Part shown: positions 32,745 to 43,544 of the stretch, piece after piece
How the letters are laid out: every line of letters begins with the position of its first letter
How positions within the stretch are numbered: position 1 is the first letter of the stretch
From: Schizochytrium sp. TIO01
Lineage: Eukaryota > Protista > Bigyra: Labyrinthulomycetes
NCBI GenBank assembly: GCA_004764695.1
Contig: SMSO01000032.1
Coordinates: forward strand, 1,550,001-1,614,000
DNA: 64,000 bases
Direction of reading: 5' to 3'
The notes under the pieces: generated by a model
Told to the model about the DNA's origin: nothing
What the model saw: the letters and a program-made list of their open reading frames with translations, nothing else
The model's database searches: none
Made by a program: the position numbers and the translations under genes

Positions 32745-35621
32745 ATGTCATCCTCAGCTGCCGCCGCTGCTGCTGCTACGCCGGATCTAGCTCCTGCTGA
32801 GTTGTCTCGTCGCGTAGACACAAAGCTCGCTGGCGACGCCTCAGTGCTTGTAGCCAATCTTGTCGCGAGCGATGACGCTGTCGTGCCGACCGTTCGTAGC
32901 GTTGTAGAGCGTGGATGGAGCGAGGGTTTCTCTCGAAGTCTCGAGGAATATATTTCTCAAAAGGAGGACGAACTCCGAGGTTTGTGCAATTTCCATTTCG
33001 GCGAGTTCTCTCGCGGGGTTGACGATATCGCGCAGCTCCGAAAGTATTCTGTCGAGCTCCGGCAGCAGATCTCTGACATGGATTCTGCTCTTCAGGAGCA
33101 AGGTGCGCGAGTCCTGGAGACCAGCGAAATGCTGCTCCGATTCTACAGGGTTCAACGCCACTTAAGAGTCACGAAGCAGGAACTTCGAAAGGCCTCGAGC
33201 TGCGTTGGACTCGTGCGAAGAGCCCGGCAGCAGATGAAGGATAAAGCTTACTTTGAGGCCCTGCAAAGCATTGATCTTGTCCGAGAGGTCATTCATGGCA
33301 AGGATGTTCACAGATTACTCAACCTTGATGAAGGCCAAGATGCCACAGCGCAAATTGCCAATATTGACGGAGACAGTCGCTTCAGCACCGCACTTGAAAG
33401 GTGGATTCCGAGAGTTATTGATAAGATTAAGCTTGACGTTAATGCAGCCCTCACAGAGTGGTTTGTCACTGCTAGGGATAAGGCGGAGGCAGTAGGAGCA
33501 AAGGCCCTGCAGCTTGTGAGGCAGGGCAAAACGCCAGCTGTTTCACCTCTCCGCAAGAATATCGCGGCGTTGTCATCTTCGGCAACGACAACGCCCGCAG
33601 GGAGCCAACCGGCAAGTCCGACAAGAAGGTACGTACGAAAAGAAAGCTTCCGTACGAGAAACTCTTCGGACGCGCTTATGCAATGGGAACATCGTGAAAA
33701 CATTGCGGCTCAAGGCCCTGATGTTGCCGAGATCTGCCTTGCTGCGGAAGGCGTTAGCCTCGCGCCAGTATACCAGTATATGGACATTCAAAAATACTTA
33801 GGCACGGAGGAAGAAGCAGTGCAGTTTTATAAAGAAAACCGACTGCCGCAGGCTGCCCTACAAAGCATGATGCCAGTGGATCTACGCAAGGTGGGTAAGG
33901 ACCAGTTCAGGTTGCATGCAAAATCGCTCCTGCATAAGATGACCGGATTCTTGGTGATCGAAGGCGTGGTCTCAAGGTCATTAAACCTTATTGCACAGTA
34001 CGAAATTGCGGCCATTTGGGAGTCCATGCTTGACACGTTAGTGCCGCTGATTCAGACGGAGCTCAGGTCGCGGGATGCAGCGAAGAATCCAACTTCAAAT
34101 TTAGACCTTATTCAGCTGCTCATGGACATTGCCATGCTGCTTGGGCGTAGCGGAGCTAAGTCTGGCGGAGCACTCGAGGCAGCAGATGCAAGAGAGGATT
34201 TAACAGCTGGGCAACGCACGATTCGTATGCTTGACGCCTCGCGTCTCGTGGCTGCTTGTTATGACGAGCGTCTTGCTGTGGGAGCTAGCCTTGCGGACGC
34301 ATGCGGTGAAACTCTTCAGCAATTGGTGAGCGCAGACAACTTTTCACCGTTCACGATGGAAAGCTACCCTGAAGGAGACCCCATACGTATTGCTGCTCAG
34401 AACCTAGTTGTTCTCGCTGAAGAAGTTGATGCTTCGATTGCCACTCAAAGGCAAGAGCCAAGCTTTAGTGCCATGGTTCCCAGAGCCTGTGTAGAAATAT
34501 TTACTTGTATGACCCAGGCTTTTCAACTTGGCCGCCAGCTTGGGGGCAGTCTTGTTGTCAAGTCCTCGAACGGGTTGTCATCACCTACTTCATCTTCATC
34601 ACCGGCCGATGCAGTTTTGAATTTGCCAACAAGTGGATCCAATGGTATTTCGTCAATATCAAGCCCGCGCAGTCAGAACGGCAAGTCGTTTGCCTCGAAC
34701 ATTTCGAAAGGTGTCTGGGACAAACAGCCGAATTCTGGTGCTACTGAAGATGGAGATATTCAAACATCTGCTGGAGCGGAGTCAATCTCGCCACAATCAG
34801 CAGTGCAGAGTGCAATCGAGATTTCAAAGCGGGCTTTGGCAAAACTCTATATACAGACCCAAACCGTAGCTTTGAATGAAAACACATCCCCTGAAGTATT
34901 GTGCCAGTGCTCCGCAAACTTAGAACATTTAGATCGCGCAAAGGTGCTATTTGAAAACCATGCTCGTCAGCTTGCTAAAATTGATGGTGAATATTCTTTC
35001 AAGCAACCGTGCGAAAAGTTTGCTGACCTATGCAGAGAGGTTCAACCCCGTGTTGTAGATGCTTTGCGAGACCGCGTTGAAGCAATCATGTCAAGCGGGG
35101 CATATTCAGATTGGACACCCCAGGATGTTCCTTCTGAACCTCACGTCTTTGTAAGTGATGCTGTGCAATACTTGGAAGTCATGTTAGCCCCAACTTCCTG
35201 CTTGCGGCTTTTGCCTGACGCCCAACGCCAAGTTGCACAATTTACTGCACTTATGCGCATTGTTGATAGCTTGCTTGAGTTTCTTACGGGTGATGAAGTT
35301 AGCGAGATTAATGCTTTATCGGTTCATCAAGTTAAGCTTGACCTGGACCTGCTCAGGAAGCTTGCCTCAAAAACGGATGTGCCTGCTCAGGAAGTCTTGC
35401 TTACTTTAGAGCAGATGGTGGATCTCTTGCGTTCATCAAGCCTTCAGGACTTTTTGCGACCAGAAACACGTGGCAAGAAGTATGCTTGCTTAGGCCCTAC
35501 AATGGTTAAATCTGTACTGCGTAAATACCAACAGCTTGCAACTGCTCGTCTTCCTCGAGGCGACAAGATCCCGGTCCTTAAGCAGACCGACATCAGTCGT
35601 GTTATTGCTGGGGATAAATAA
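32745..35621 (+). CDS. SEC15: Exocyst subunit Sec15/EXOC6
   Basis: KEDELRGLCNFHFGEFSRGVDDI, YFEALQSID, LAPVYQ..I..YLG...FYKENR, C-terminal LEQMVDLL....FL..ETRGKKY. Confidence 0.87.
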   Translation: MSSSAAAAAAATPDLAPAELSRRVDTKLAGDASVLVANLVASDDAVVPTVRSVVERGWSEGFSRSLEEYISQKEDELRGLCNFHFGEFSRGVDDIAQLRKYSVELRQQISDMDSALQEQGARVLETSEMLLRFYRVQRHLRVTKQELRKASSCVGLVRRARQQMKDKAYFEALQSIDLVREVIHGKDVHRLLNLDEGQDATAQIANIDGDSRFSTALERWIPRVIDKIKLDVNAALTEWFVTARDKAEAVGAKALQLVRQGKTPAVSPLRKNIAALSSSATTTPAGSQPASPTRRYVRKESFRTRNSSDALMQWEHRENIAAQGPDVAEICLAAEGVSLAPVYQYMDIQKYLGTEEEAVQFYKENRLPQAALQSMMPVDLRKVGKDQFRLHAKSLLHKMTGFLVIEGVVSRSLNLIAQYEIAAIWESMLDTLVPLIQTELRSRDAAKNPTSNLDLIQLLMDIAMLLGRSGAKSGGALEAADAREDLTAGQRTIRMLDASRLVAACYDERLAVGASLADACGETLQQLVSADNFSPFTMESYPEGDPIRIAAQNLVVLAEEVDASIATQRQEPSFSAMVPRACVEIFTCMTQAFQLGRQLGGSLVVKSSNGLSSPTSSSSPADAVLNLPTSGSNGISSISSPRSQNGKSFASNISKGVWDKQPNSGATEDGDIQTSAGAESISPQSAVQSAIEISKRALAKLYIQTQTVALNENTSPEVLCQCSANLEHLDRAKVLFENHARQLAKIDGEYSFKQPCEKFADLCREVQPRVVDALRDRVEAIMSSGAYSDWTPQDVPSEPHVFVSDAVQYLEVMLAPTSCLRLLPDAQRQVAQFTALMRIVDSLLEFLTGDEVSEINALSVHQVKLDLDLLRKLASKTDVPAQEVLLTLEQMVDLLRSSSLQDFLRPETRGKKYACLGPTMVKSVLRKYQQLATARLPRGDKIPVLKQTDISRVIAGDK

Positions 35622-36167
35622 AACAAAACCTAAAGTACTAATAAACACAACGCGATATTTCTACCCTCACCTGATTCAGCCACTTATTCACCACACTTTA
35701 TTGCTCAGCCTTACCTTACCTACTTCTGTTCATTTGGCGATCTAATAGTAGTTGCTCCACTCATTAGTCAGAGGATATGTCTCTTTAAGCCGTTCACAAG
35801 GGCAAAACCCAAGTCCAAACGAGCTCCACATGCCACAGTAGATTACCACGCTAACTTCCATGTGTAGAAGCAGTGAATCAAGAAAGGAGAGGCTTACCCC
35901 TTCATATACATCATCGATAAAATTGAAACTTGGATTATATCTTGAGATCATGTCCTCAATTCAAACAACAGTTCAGACCCAAGCAAGATTTTGAGGTGCA
36001 TCAGGAAAGCAAACCCCAACATATGAATACCAAGAATACAAACTACAAGGAGACGAAAGTGCAACAAGGAATCATGCTTGCAACAACGAGGAAAAACAAC
36101 CAAAAAACAAAAAGGGAATTCAGATGAATAGGAGAAAAAGCTCAATTGAATAACAAAAAGACACTTT

Positions 36168-37237
36168 TTACCGGAGGCGGCGGGCCTCGCGCTCCCACTC
36201 GAGGAGGGTCAGAACATCGCCCTCCTTGACGGGGCCTTTGACGTTCCGGATGATGCTGCGTGGGTCGTCGTCGAGGAACTCAACGCGGACCTGGGTCACG
36301 TTACCGGTGGCACCGGTGCGGCTAAGCACGCGGGTCACGCGGGCAAGCATAACAGCCTGGGTGGCGGGGGCGGGTGCGTCAGCCTGTTTCATTATAATAG
36401 CACAAAACAATCAAAAACAGCGTTAGTCAATCACAAATTCTGAAAGTATACATTTCAATAGATCTCCCCGCAACAAAGCAAGGTGATTCCTGGAATTGTC
36501 CCACCAATCTTCGATGTCATTTCCCACAATTCGTAGTACACTATTCTACAAAACATGGCAAACCACATGAGGATACGAGGAACCGAACATAGTGTAGCAG
36601 TGAGCTCCATACATATATATAAAAATGTGTACTAAATGCACCGGCAACAATTCAGAGAGAATAACAAAACGACCCGCTGGTTCTACAGTTACCATGAATC
36701 AGCAGCGTCAAGAGAGTGCGATGCGACATGCGGCTGCATGAAACCAACAATACTTCGTTTCTCTCGATCCTCTCGTAATCAGCAATCAATCTCCACATCA
36801 CTTAAAACACCAAATGCGCGGTGGCCACGGAAACGACTCTTAGTCATCCCCTAGTTACCCCTAACTATGACTCATCTAGAGTTACCTAATGCAACCTAAA
36901 GGAATAAAGAGATACAAAGCCACAGGTGCCGCTCGAGCGAGGTCCATACGGCGGTTTACGCGCTTGGAGATCATCTCAGCTGCTTCGGTCACTACATTTG
37001 GAGTCCATAAGTTGTGTGCTACAGTGTTGTTGCCCATCCTCTGCTGCGCTTCTCCGGCCACAGAGTATATATATCGTTGTCAAAGCTTGTGCCTGCCCAT
37101 GTTCATTCATTCCAGCTCCATCACCATGCTCATCTGCGAGTCCGTCAAGATATCCGCCTTGCCGCTCCACGCGGGAGGTACGGAAGGGAGTGCGGCGGCG
37201 CGGCGAGCATCTAGCGCGGGCGGAGCGCACGTACCAT
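36168..37237 (-). CDS. RPS28: 40S ribosomal protein S28 (eS28); exons 37235-37237 (ATG) and 36168-36383
   Basis: [20 protein letters not shown]....[29 protein letters not shown]; ACAATG|GTACGT donor; CTAAC branch point, T-rich tract and AAACAG| acceptor; spliced product MADAPAP..., 72 aa. Confidence 0.93.
36384..37234 (-). other. 851-nt GT-AG intron of RPS28 directly after the start codon
   Basis: GTACGT at 37234 ... CTAAC ... CAG at 36384; phase-0 join restores the frame. Confidence 0.8.
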
Positions 37238-38591
37238 TGTCACGAGGCGTGCGAAGGCTACTTCGTCAGTCGTCTGGTTTGGTCTGTGGATGGTTTGGAG
37301 GCCTTCCTTTTCTCCTCCTTCTTTTCTTAGTCACTTCCTTTTCAAACAACCAACAATACTCCTACCCATCAATTAACTACTTCTACTCCCATCTTCAATC
37401 TCATCAACTTAATTTTTCTCTTTTCCTACTTAGTACATATTGTTGAAAACTTCTCCATTATTACCGCAACAAGGCCAATTACACCTATCAAGGGCCGCTC
37501 TGCACGCCGGTTCTGGTAACATGTTCACAACCTAGCTATTAAGTGCAGTGCTATGATAAAGACTAGAAAGAAGCTGGGGGCGAGGATCACTCATTTCGTT
37601 CCAGGGGTCTCTTACAGCCACATGATGACAAGTAGGCTATAGAGAATACTTCACTTACCTGACATTTTCATAAGTGGGGTATAAATCTATAGCTCACTTT
37701 GCGAGCGGACCTTCTTTCCCGCGCGCTCCGCACGCCACGAAGCGGCCGTTCCTAGTCAAACACTAGTAGCTCCTAGCGCTCTTGAGGCGGAAGAGGGCAT
37801 CGCTCCAGGGCCATCCGTCTTTCCACTGGGCTTTCTCCTCTCATTGGGCATTTGCACAACCCAACATTTCTTCTCCCCTTGGCCCTAGATCACTAATCCA
37901 AACGTCTACCATATCCTACTCACCCTACTCTCTCTCACGTCACTGGCACTTCCTCACAACCAATTGTATGCAACTCTCCCAGTGGACGCCTCACAAAACC
38001 TTGCCCTTAAAAGTAGCCGCGTGGCAGCGAAACTTTCAGTCGGCTAGGATATCCTCGGGTACGGTGGGCCGGGCTGCGCAACGCAGAGGGCTCGGTGGCG
38101 CGCGAGCGAGCCAGATGCCAGGCTGGCTGCGGGGCCTACCTTAAAATGCCGCCGGCTGTCCACGCTGGAGGAGGTCGGCGGTTAGAAATATTAAGGTGTT
38201 TGAGGGGCCGGCGGATCTTCTCGAAAAGTCATCCAGGCTGGCGGAAACAGTCTGGAGCCTCTTCGCGCTGGGCCATAAAGGGAGAGTAATAGGGGGTAAT
38301 GCGGGGAATGGGGGGCAGCGGGCAAGTCCGTGCGAAAGCGAGTACGGCGGATCTCGGAGCTCTGCAGTATAGAATTGCAGAGCGTGCCGAAGGGCGTCGC
38401 GTACTGCTTAGCACGAACGGCTGCACTGAAGCGGCTCGAAGCTAAACTGCACAGGTTTGCAAAGCAGTTCCTTAATTGGGTCTGCGTGTCGGATTCCGGG
38501 TCGATAGACTTGGTTCTGTAATTCTTTGGATTGGTCGGGTCTGGGCTTGTGTGCCTGGATACGTTGCGACGGTTAATCTAATATCTTCAAT
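37238..38591. promoter_or_regulatory. Divergent RPS28 / BiP promoter region
   Basis: Head-to-head arrangement; GC-rich stretches; partial HSE-like TTCTCGAA near 38218 (weak). Confidence 0.5.
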
Positions 38592-40595
38592 ATGGCAGGT
38601 ATGAAGACCAAATTCGCCCAGGCCGTTGTGCTTCTGGCCGCTTTTTTGGCTGTCATTGGCGGTGTACGCGCTGATGAGGAGAACCCCGAGGCCAAGACTG
38701 TTATTGGTATTGATCTTGGTACCAGTACATCTTGTGTTGGTGTTTTCCACAAGGGCCGCGTTGAGATCCTGGCCAACGACCAGGGTAACCGTATCACCCC
38801 TTCTTATGTCAGTTGGACTGAGTCTGGCGAGCGCCTTGTTGGTGACTCCGCTAAGAACATGGCTTCCCTTCGCCCCGAGGCCACTGTCTACGATGTCAAG
38901 CGTCTTATTGGCCGTGACTTCAACTCCAAGGAGGTCCAGTCCGATATGAAGCTCGTCCCCTACAAGATCATCAACAAGGCCGGTAAGCCCTTCGTCGAGG
39001 TTGACATCAAGGGTGAGTCTAAGCAGTTTGCCCCTGAGGAAATTTCTGCCATGATTCTCCAGAAGATGAAAGGTATTGCTGAGGGCTTCCTCGGTGAGGA
39101 GGTTGGCCACGCCGTTGTTACTGTCCCCGCTTATTTCAATGATGCTCAGCGCCAGGCTACCAAGGATGCTGGTGTCATTTCTGGTCTCAAGGTTGAGCGT
39201 ATTATCAACGAGCCCACCGCTGCCGCTATTGCCTACGGTCTTGATAAGCAGGATGAGGGTGAGAAGACCATTCTTGTCTTCGATCTTGGTGGTGGTACCT
39301 TCGATGTGACCCTCCTTACCATTGAGGGTGGCGTCTTCGAGGTCCAGGCTACTAACGGTGACACCCACCTTGGTGGTGAGGACTTTGATCAGCGTGTCAT
39401 GAAGTACTTTATCAAGCGTTTTAAGAAGCAGCACGACATCGACATCACCAAGGATAAGCGTGCCCTCCAGAAGCTCCGTCGTGAGGTTGAGCGTGTTAAG
39501 CGTGCTCTCTCCACCCAACACCAGGCTCGTCTTGAGATCGAGGCTCTTTCCGATGGTATTGACTTCTCCGAGACCCTTACCCGTGCCCGCTTTGAGGAGC
39601 TCAACCTCGACCTCTTCAAGAAGACTCTTGTCCCTGTTGGCAAGGTTCTCCAGGATGCCGGTGTCAAGAAGAACGAGGTTGATGAGGTTGTCCTCGTCGG
39701 TGGTTCTACTCGTATTCCCCGTGTTCAGCAGCTCCTTAAGGACTTCTTCAACGGCAAGGAGCCCAGCAAGGGCATCAACCCCGATGAGGCCGTCGCCTAC
39801 GGTGCTGCTGTTCAGGGTGGTATTCTCGGTGGTAAGGACTCTTCCTCTGAGATCCTCCTTCTTGATGTTGCTCCTCTTTCCCTTGGTATCGAGACTGTGG
39901 GTGGTGTGATGACCAAGCTCATCAACCGTAACTCCGTCATCCCTGCTCGCAAGTCCCAGGTCTTCTCCACCTACACTGACAACCAGCCTGCTGTCAGCAT
40001 CCAAGTCTTTGAGGGTGAGCGCGCCATGACCAAGGACAACCACCCTCTTGGAAAGTTCGAGCTTACCGGTATCCCCCCTGCTCCCCGTGGTGTTCCTCAG
40101 ATCGAGGTTACCTTTGCTGTCGATGCCAACTCTATCCTCAACGTTCAGGCTGAGGAGAAGGGCACTGGTAAGAAGGAGCAGATTGTCATTACTGCCGAGA
40201 AGGGTCGTCTTTCCGAGGAGGAGATCGAGCGCATGGTCCAGGAGGCTGAGGAGAACGCCGAGGCTGACAAGATTCTTAAGGAGCGTATCGACCTCAAGAA
40301 CAGCTTTGAGGGCCTCTTGTACTCTACCAAGGCTTCTCTTAACGACGAGGACAAGGGCGTCCGCGAGAAGCTTACTGAGGATCAGGTTGAGGAGCTTGAG
40401 AACGCCATCTCTGAGAACATCGACTGGCTTGATGAGAACCAGGAGGCTGACCTCGATGAGCTCAAGGAAAAGAAGGAGGAGTTTGAGCAGCTTGTGCAGC
40501 CTATTATGGCCTCCCTCTACCAGCAGGGCGGCGCTGGCGCTGGTGGCGACGACGACTTCGATGATGATGACTTCGATGATCACGATGAGCTCTAA
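38592..40595 (+). CDS. HSPA5: ER luminal Hsp70 BiP/GRP78
   Basis: Signal peptide, [35 protein letters not shown]-terminal HDEL; strong C/T-ending codon bias. Confidence 0.99.
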   Translation: MAGMKTKFAQAVVLLAAFLAVIGGVRADEENPEAKTVIGIDLGTSTSCVGVFHKGRVEILANDQGNRITPSYVSWTESGERLVGDSAKNMASLRPEATVYDVKRLIGRDFNSKEVQSDMKLVPYKIINKAGKPFVEVDIKGESKQFAPEEISAMILQKMKGIAEGFLGEEVGHAVVTVPAYFNDAQRQATKDAGVISGLKVERIINEPTAAAIAYGLDKQDEGEKTILVFDLGGGTFDVTLLTIEGGVFEVQATNGDTHLGGEDFDQRVMKYFIKRFKKQHDIDITKDKRALQKLRREVERVKRALSTQHQARLEIEALSDGIDFSETLTRARFEELNLDLFKKTLVPVGKVLQDAGVKKNEVDEVVLVGGSTRIPRVQQLLKDFFNGKEPSKGINPDEAVAYGAAVQGGILGGKDSSSEILLLDVAPLSLGIETVGGVMTKLINRNSVIPARKSQVFSTYTDNQPAVSIQVFEGERAMTKDNHPLGKFELTGIPPAPRGVPQIEVTFAVDANSILNVQAEEKGTGKKEQIVITAEKGRLSEEEIERMVQEAEENAEADKILKERIDLKNSFEGLLYSTKASLNDEDKGVREKLTEDQVEELENAISENIDWLDENQEADLDELKEKKEEFEQLVQPIMASLYQQGGAGAGGDDDFDDDDFDDHDEL

Positions 40596-41246
40596 GTGGT
40601 TGATAGTTAAATTTTATGTATCAACCGCACATTTTGCAACAACATACCAACACACATTATCATAGAGTACCTGTCATTGTGTAGAACAAAGTGCATCACT
40701 CACATTTTAATCTCGTGTGTGATAGTGGCATTTTCATCGTTGATTCGGAGGTTGTAGTCAAATAGTTTTCCTTTTGTCAGTTTTTTCCTGGAAAACTGAC
40801 CTTCCCCCCCCCAATGATACGTTTTCTTCTTTAGCAAAGAAAAACATCAATCAATAACATACATAAATTTACAAACGATGAGATTTATTACTTAATCCTG
40901 TTTTTTTTAATGGTTTTATTCTCCCAATGCCTTTTGTTGTGATAATAACAACAGTACACTGTAAACCGATTGCTATTATAGTCGAAAAGAATAAAGTGCT
41001 ATAATTAAAGTTCAAATCATCTCCCATACGCAGATGCCATTTGGAATGCAATGAAAGAGTAACGCGATAGAATATAAGAAGCAACTTCGAATGGGGAGTG
41101 CCTAGCATTGATATACGTTCTAAACTTGGAAGCAAATTTTACAAATATAGAAGAGCAAGTTCATTAAAAGAAAATGATACAAAATAATATCCAACTTTTT
41201 TTTCTTTTTCTGTTTTTGAGGTGAGATCATAAGTTTTGGTCTACGA

Positions 41247-43544
41247 TTAAATTCTAAATTGAGAAGAAGGCAAACTTTCTAGTGAAGACTTGACCTTTTT
41301 TAAGGCACCAGCAAGGTGCTCAGCACTTGTAGAATCGCCCGGCTGGACAGATGTCCAGGAGTACAGAGTGTGACCTGGAGGAATAGAGCTTAGGTTGACC
41401 ACATGTGTACTCTCATCCTCCAAGGTGTCATGGTGCTCCTCACCTGGGGTCATCTCATCTAAAGCTTTAGCAGGAGGTGTTCCTTCTACAGTCACCGTAT
41501 GCTCAAGCATGTCATGATCAATCTGGGACTCGTCTTTTGCGTCAGTACTATCGTTATTCTCTTGATCCACATGAGTGGCGTCTTCAGCTCCATTTTCAGC
41601 GTTATCCATTTCATTGTGGCTATGTACGCTAGCAATTTCATCACGATCATCGAAATCATCCGGGTCAATATCCACGTGAGCGTTCTTAATATAGTCATAG
41701 GTTGTTGCGATGGTTTCTTCATCACCAAACCATGAGTAAACAGTATGCCCAGGTGGTACTGCGTCTTCAAGACCCATGACGTGATGCCACGAAGCATCGT
41801 CCTGTATTCCATATGCGTCCGAAGAGCGCACCTCGTCAGCGTCTTTGTCAGTATCACCACCATTTCCTGTCACAGAGGAGCCACTTCGATCCTCAGGCTT
41901 AGGATAATGAATAATATTTGTGATGAATGAAAGAATGCTTGATTTGATAGAGCCAGTGTTTCCGTCTTCGGCGCGCGAAGACCCTTGCAATGAAGCCTGG
42001 GCTTCAACGCCCTCGCTACGTAAAGATGCTGATGAGATAGAAGGTTTCATTTCGGGTCGACTTGGGATGTATGCCATAGCGTTCCACTTGGACATGGCTA
42101 CTTCATATACCCCGTCTGATTCGCGGTATTTCCTTACAACACCCAGACCATATGGTGTTACCACATGGGCTCCGGTCGGAATCTCTGGGCCACTGTGCGG
42201 GTTACCATTACCAAGGAGAAGTCGTGGAACATGAATGTAAGCCGTTGCATATGGGAGTCGTACAACAAAGAATCCATCAGGTCTGATTGATAATACCTCA
42301 CCAACCCCAAAGCCATTCGTGTCTACAACATCACCAGGGCGAATACCGTAGGCTTCGTCCACGGCACTGAGGTATGTATTGCTTGAGGTTGCAGATGCAG
42401 CCGTGACAAGAGAGCAAAGTGAGAGCAGGCTGTCCGAGTTTGGTAGTGTTGGAGTATTGCTGCTTTCGTTGTTTCGTAAGGATATTTGACTCTGCTTGTT
42501 GCGGGGGAGTTGGATACTTGTAAATGGCATCTTCAGAAGCTCCCAGTTCTTATTGAATAGTTCACGAGCTTTTTGCAATGGGCTCTGATCAAGTTTTAGC
42601 AGCTTAGCCAAGCTTGCAGCATCTTGCTTGGAAGCGTCTTCGTCCAAAGAAACACAGTTTTCATTTAAGTATGCATATGCAGCCCAAAGAAGTCGAACCT
42701 CAATTATGCCATCCTCCCGAGCCTTTAGAACAAGGCCTTGTCCAAAAGGAGTTTTTACAATTGCGCCTTGCTCGAACTTTGGTTTGGTTGGTGTCTCCGC
42801 TACTTTGCCCTTTGCGGGTGTAGGCTGGTTTGGGTATTCCCCGCCTTCTCTTGTAAATAATTTTTTCATCAAGCCATACAAACGATGCGGGTAAGATCCT
42901 ACACGAACCATGGCCCGCGCTCGTTCCTCGAACAACTTGGTGTTCCACATGATCAAGGAATCTTCCGAGACATAAGCACTTGCATTCATGGAAGGAATGG
43001 CTAATTCGTAGATGCTATCCCTCTCTCTAAAGACAAGCACCACAGCTTCTCCATAAGGAGTCTTGACTCGCGTTCCTAACTCCAAAACATCTTCCACTTC
43101 GTCAGCTTCGTAGTGACGGGGGGGGTGGACAACTGCGGTGTTAAGTTTTCCTGGGATAGGTTCACTATTCTCCGTCGAACTAGGCGCTGCGCTAGCTGGA
43201 GATGGCGAAGGACTACGAGGAGGCGAGCCATTGTTTTCGAGATCAATAGCATCCATCTGAGCTGCCAGATTACTCGTCATAACACTTGCAGGCTTAGGAG
43301 CGGTTAATGCGCTGTCAGATGTCTGCTCAGGTGCGGATTTGAGAAAGAACGACCGACGACGATTCGCTCTGCCGCCTCCAGAAGTTAGCATAGCATCGGA
43401 CTTGGTTTCCTTTACACTTGGACGACGTGGGGTACTAACGTCGGTGCCAAGCCGCTTGCGGGAGTACGGCTCGGCGCGTTTACCAGGATAGAACATAGCA
43501 GGGGTGAGAAATCCAGAAAATGGGTCCAAATGAGCAGGCTTGTC
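41247..43544 (-). CDS. C-terminal part of the same gene in the +1 frame: four SH3/Tudor-like 'V.TP[YF]G.G.V' repeats and an acidic tail
   Basis: Same repeat family as the last domain of the upstream ORF; ORFs overlap by ~209 nt; joined gene 41247..45825 would be ~1525 aa. Confidence 0.78.
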   Translation of the reverse strand, partial: DKPAHLDPFSGFLTPAMFYPGKRAEPYSRKRLGTDVSTPRRPSVKETKSDAMLTSGGGRANRRRSFFLKSAPEQTSDSALTAPKPASVMTSNLAAQMDAIDLENNGSPPRSPSPSPASAAPSSTENSEPIPGKLNTAVVHPPRHYEADEVEDVLELGTRVKTPYGEAVVLVFRERDSIYELAIPSMNASAYVSEDSLIMWNTKLFEERARAMVRVGSYPHRLYGLMKKLFTREGGEYPNQPTPAKGKVAETPTKPKFEQGAIVKTPFGQGLVLKAREDGIIEVRLLWAAYAYLNENCVSLDEDASKQDAASLAKLLKLDQSPLQKARELFNKNWELLKMPFTSIQLPRNKQSQISLRNNESSNTPTLPNSDSLLSLCSLVTAASATSSNTYLSAVDEAYGIRPGDVVDTNGFGVGEVLSIRPDGFFVVRLPYATAYIHVPRLLLGNGNPHSGPEIPTGAHVVTPYGLGVVRKYRESDGVYEVAMSKWNAMAYIPSRPEMKPSISSASLRSEGVEAQASLQGSSRAEDGNTGSIKSSILSFITNIIHYPKPEDRSGSSVTGNGGDTDKDADEVRSSDAYGIQDDASWHHVMGLEDAVPPGHTVYSWFGDEETIATTYDYIKNAHVDIDPDDFDDRDEIASVHSHNEMDNAENGAEDATHVDQENNDSTDAKDESQIDHDMLEHTVTVEGTPPAKALDEMTPGEEHHDTLEDESTHVVNLSSIPPGHTLYSWTSVQPGDSTSAEHLAGALKKVKSSLESLPSSQFRI

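Noticed and set aside
37900-38590. ERSE/UPRE elements upstream of BiP
   Set aside because: No CCAAT-N9-CCACG or TGACGTGG match found; only partial short motifs
38472-40583. 703-aa ORF antisense to BiP
   Set aside because: Known hsp70 antisense-ORF artefact: avoidance of TTA/CTA/TCA codons removes stops on the opposite strand
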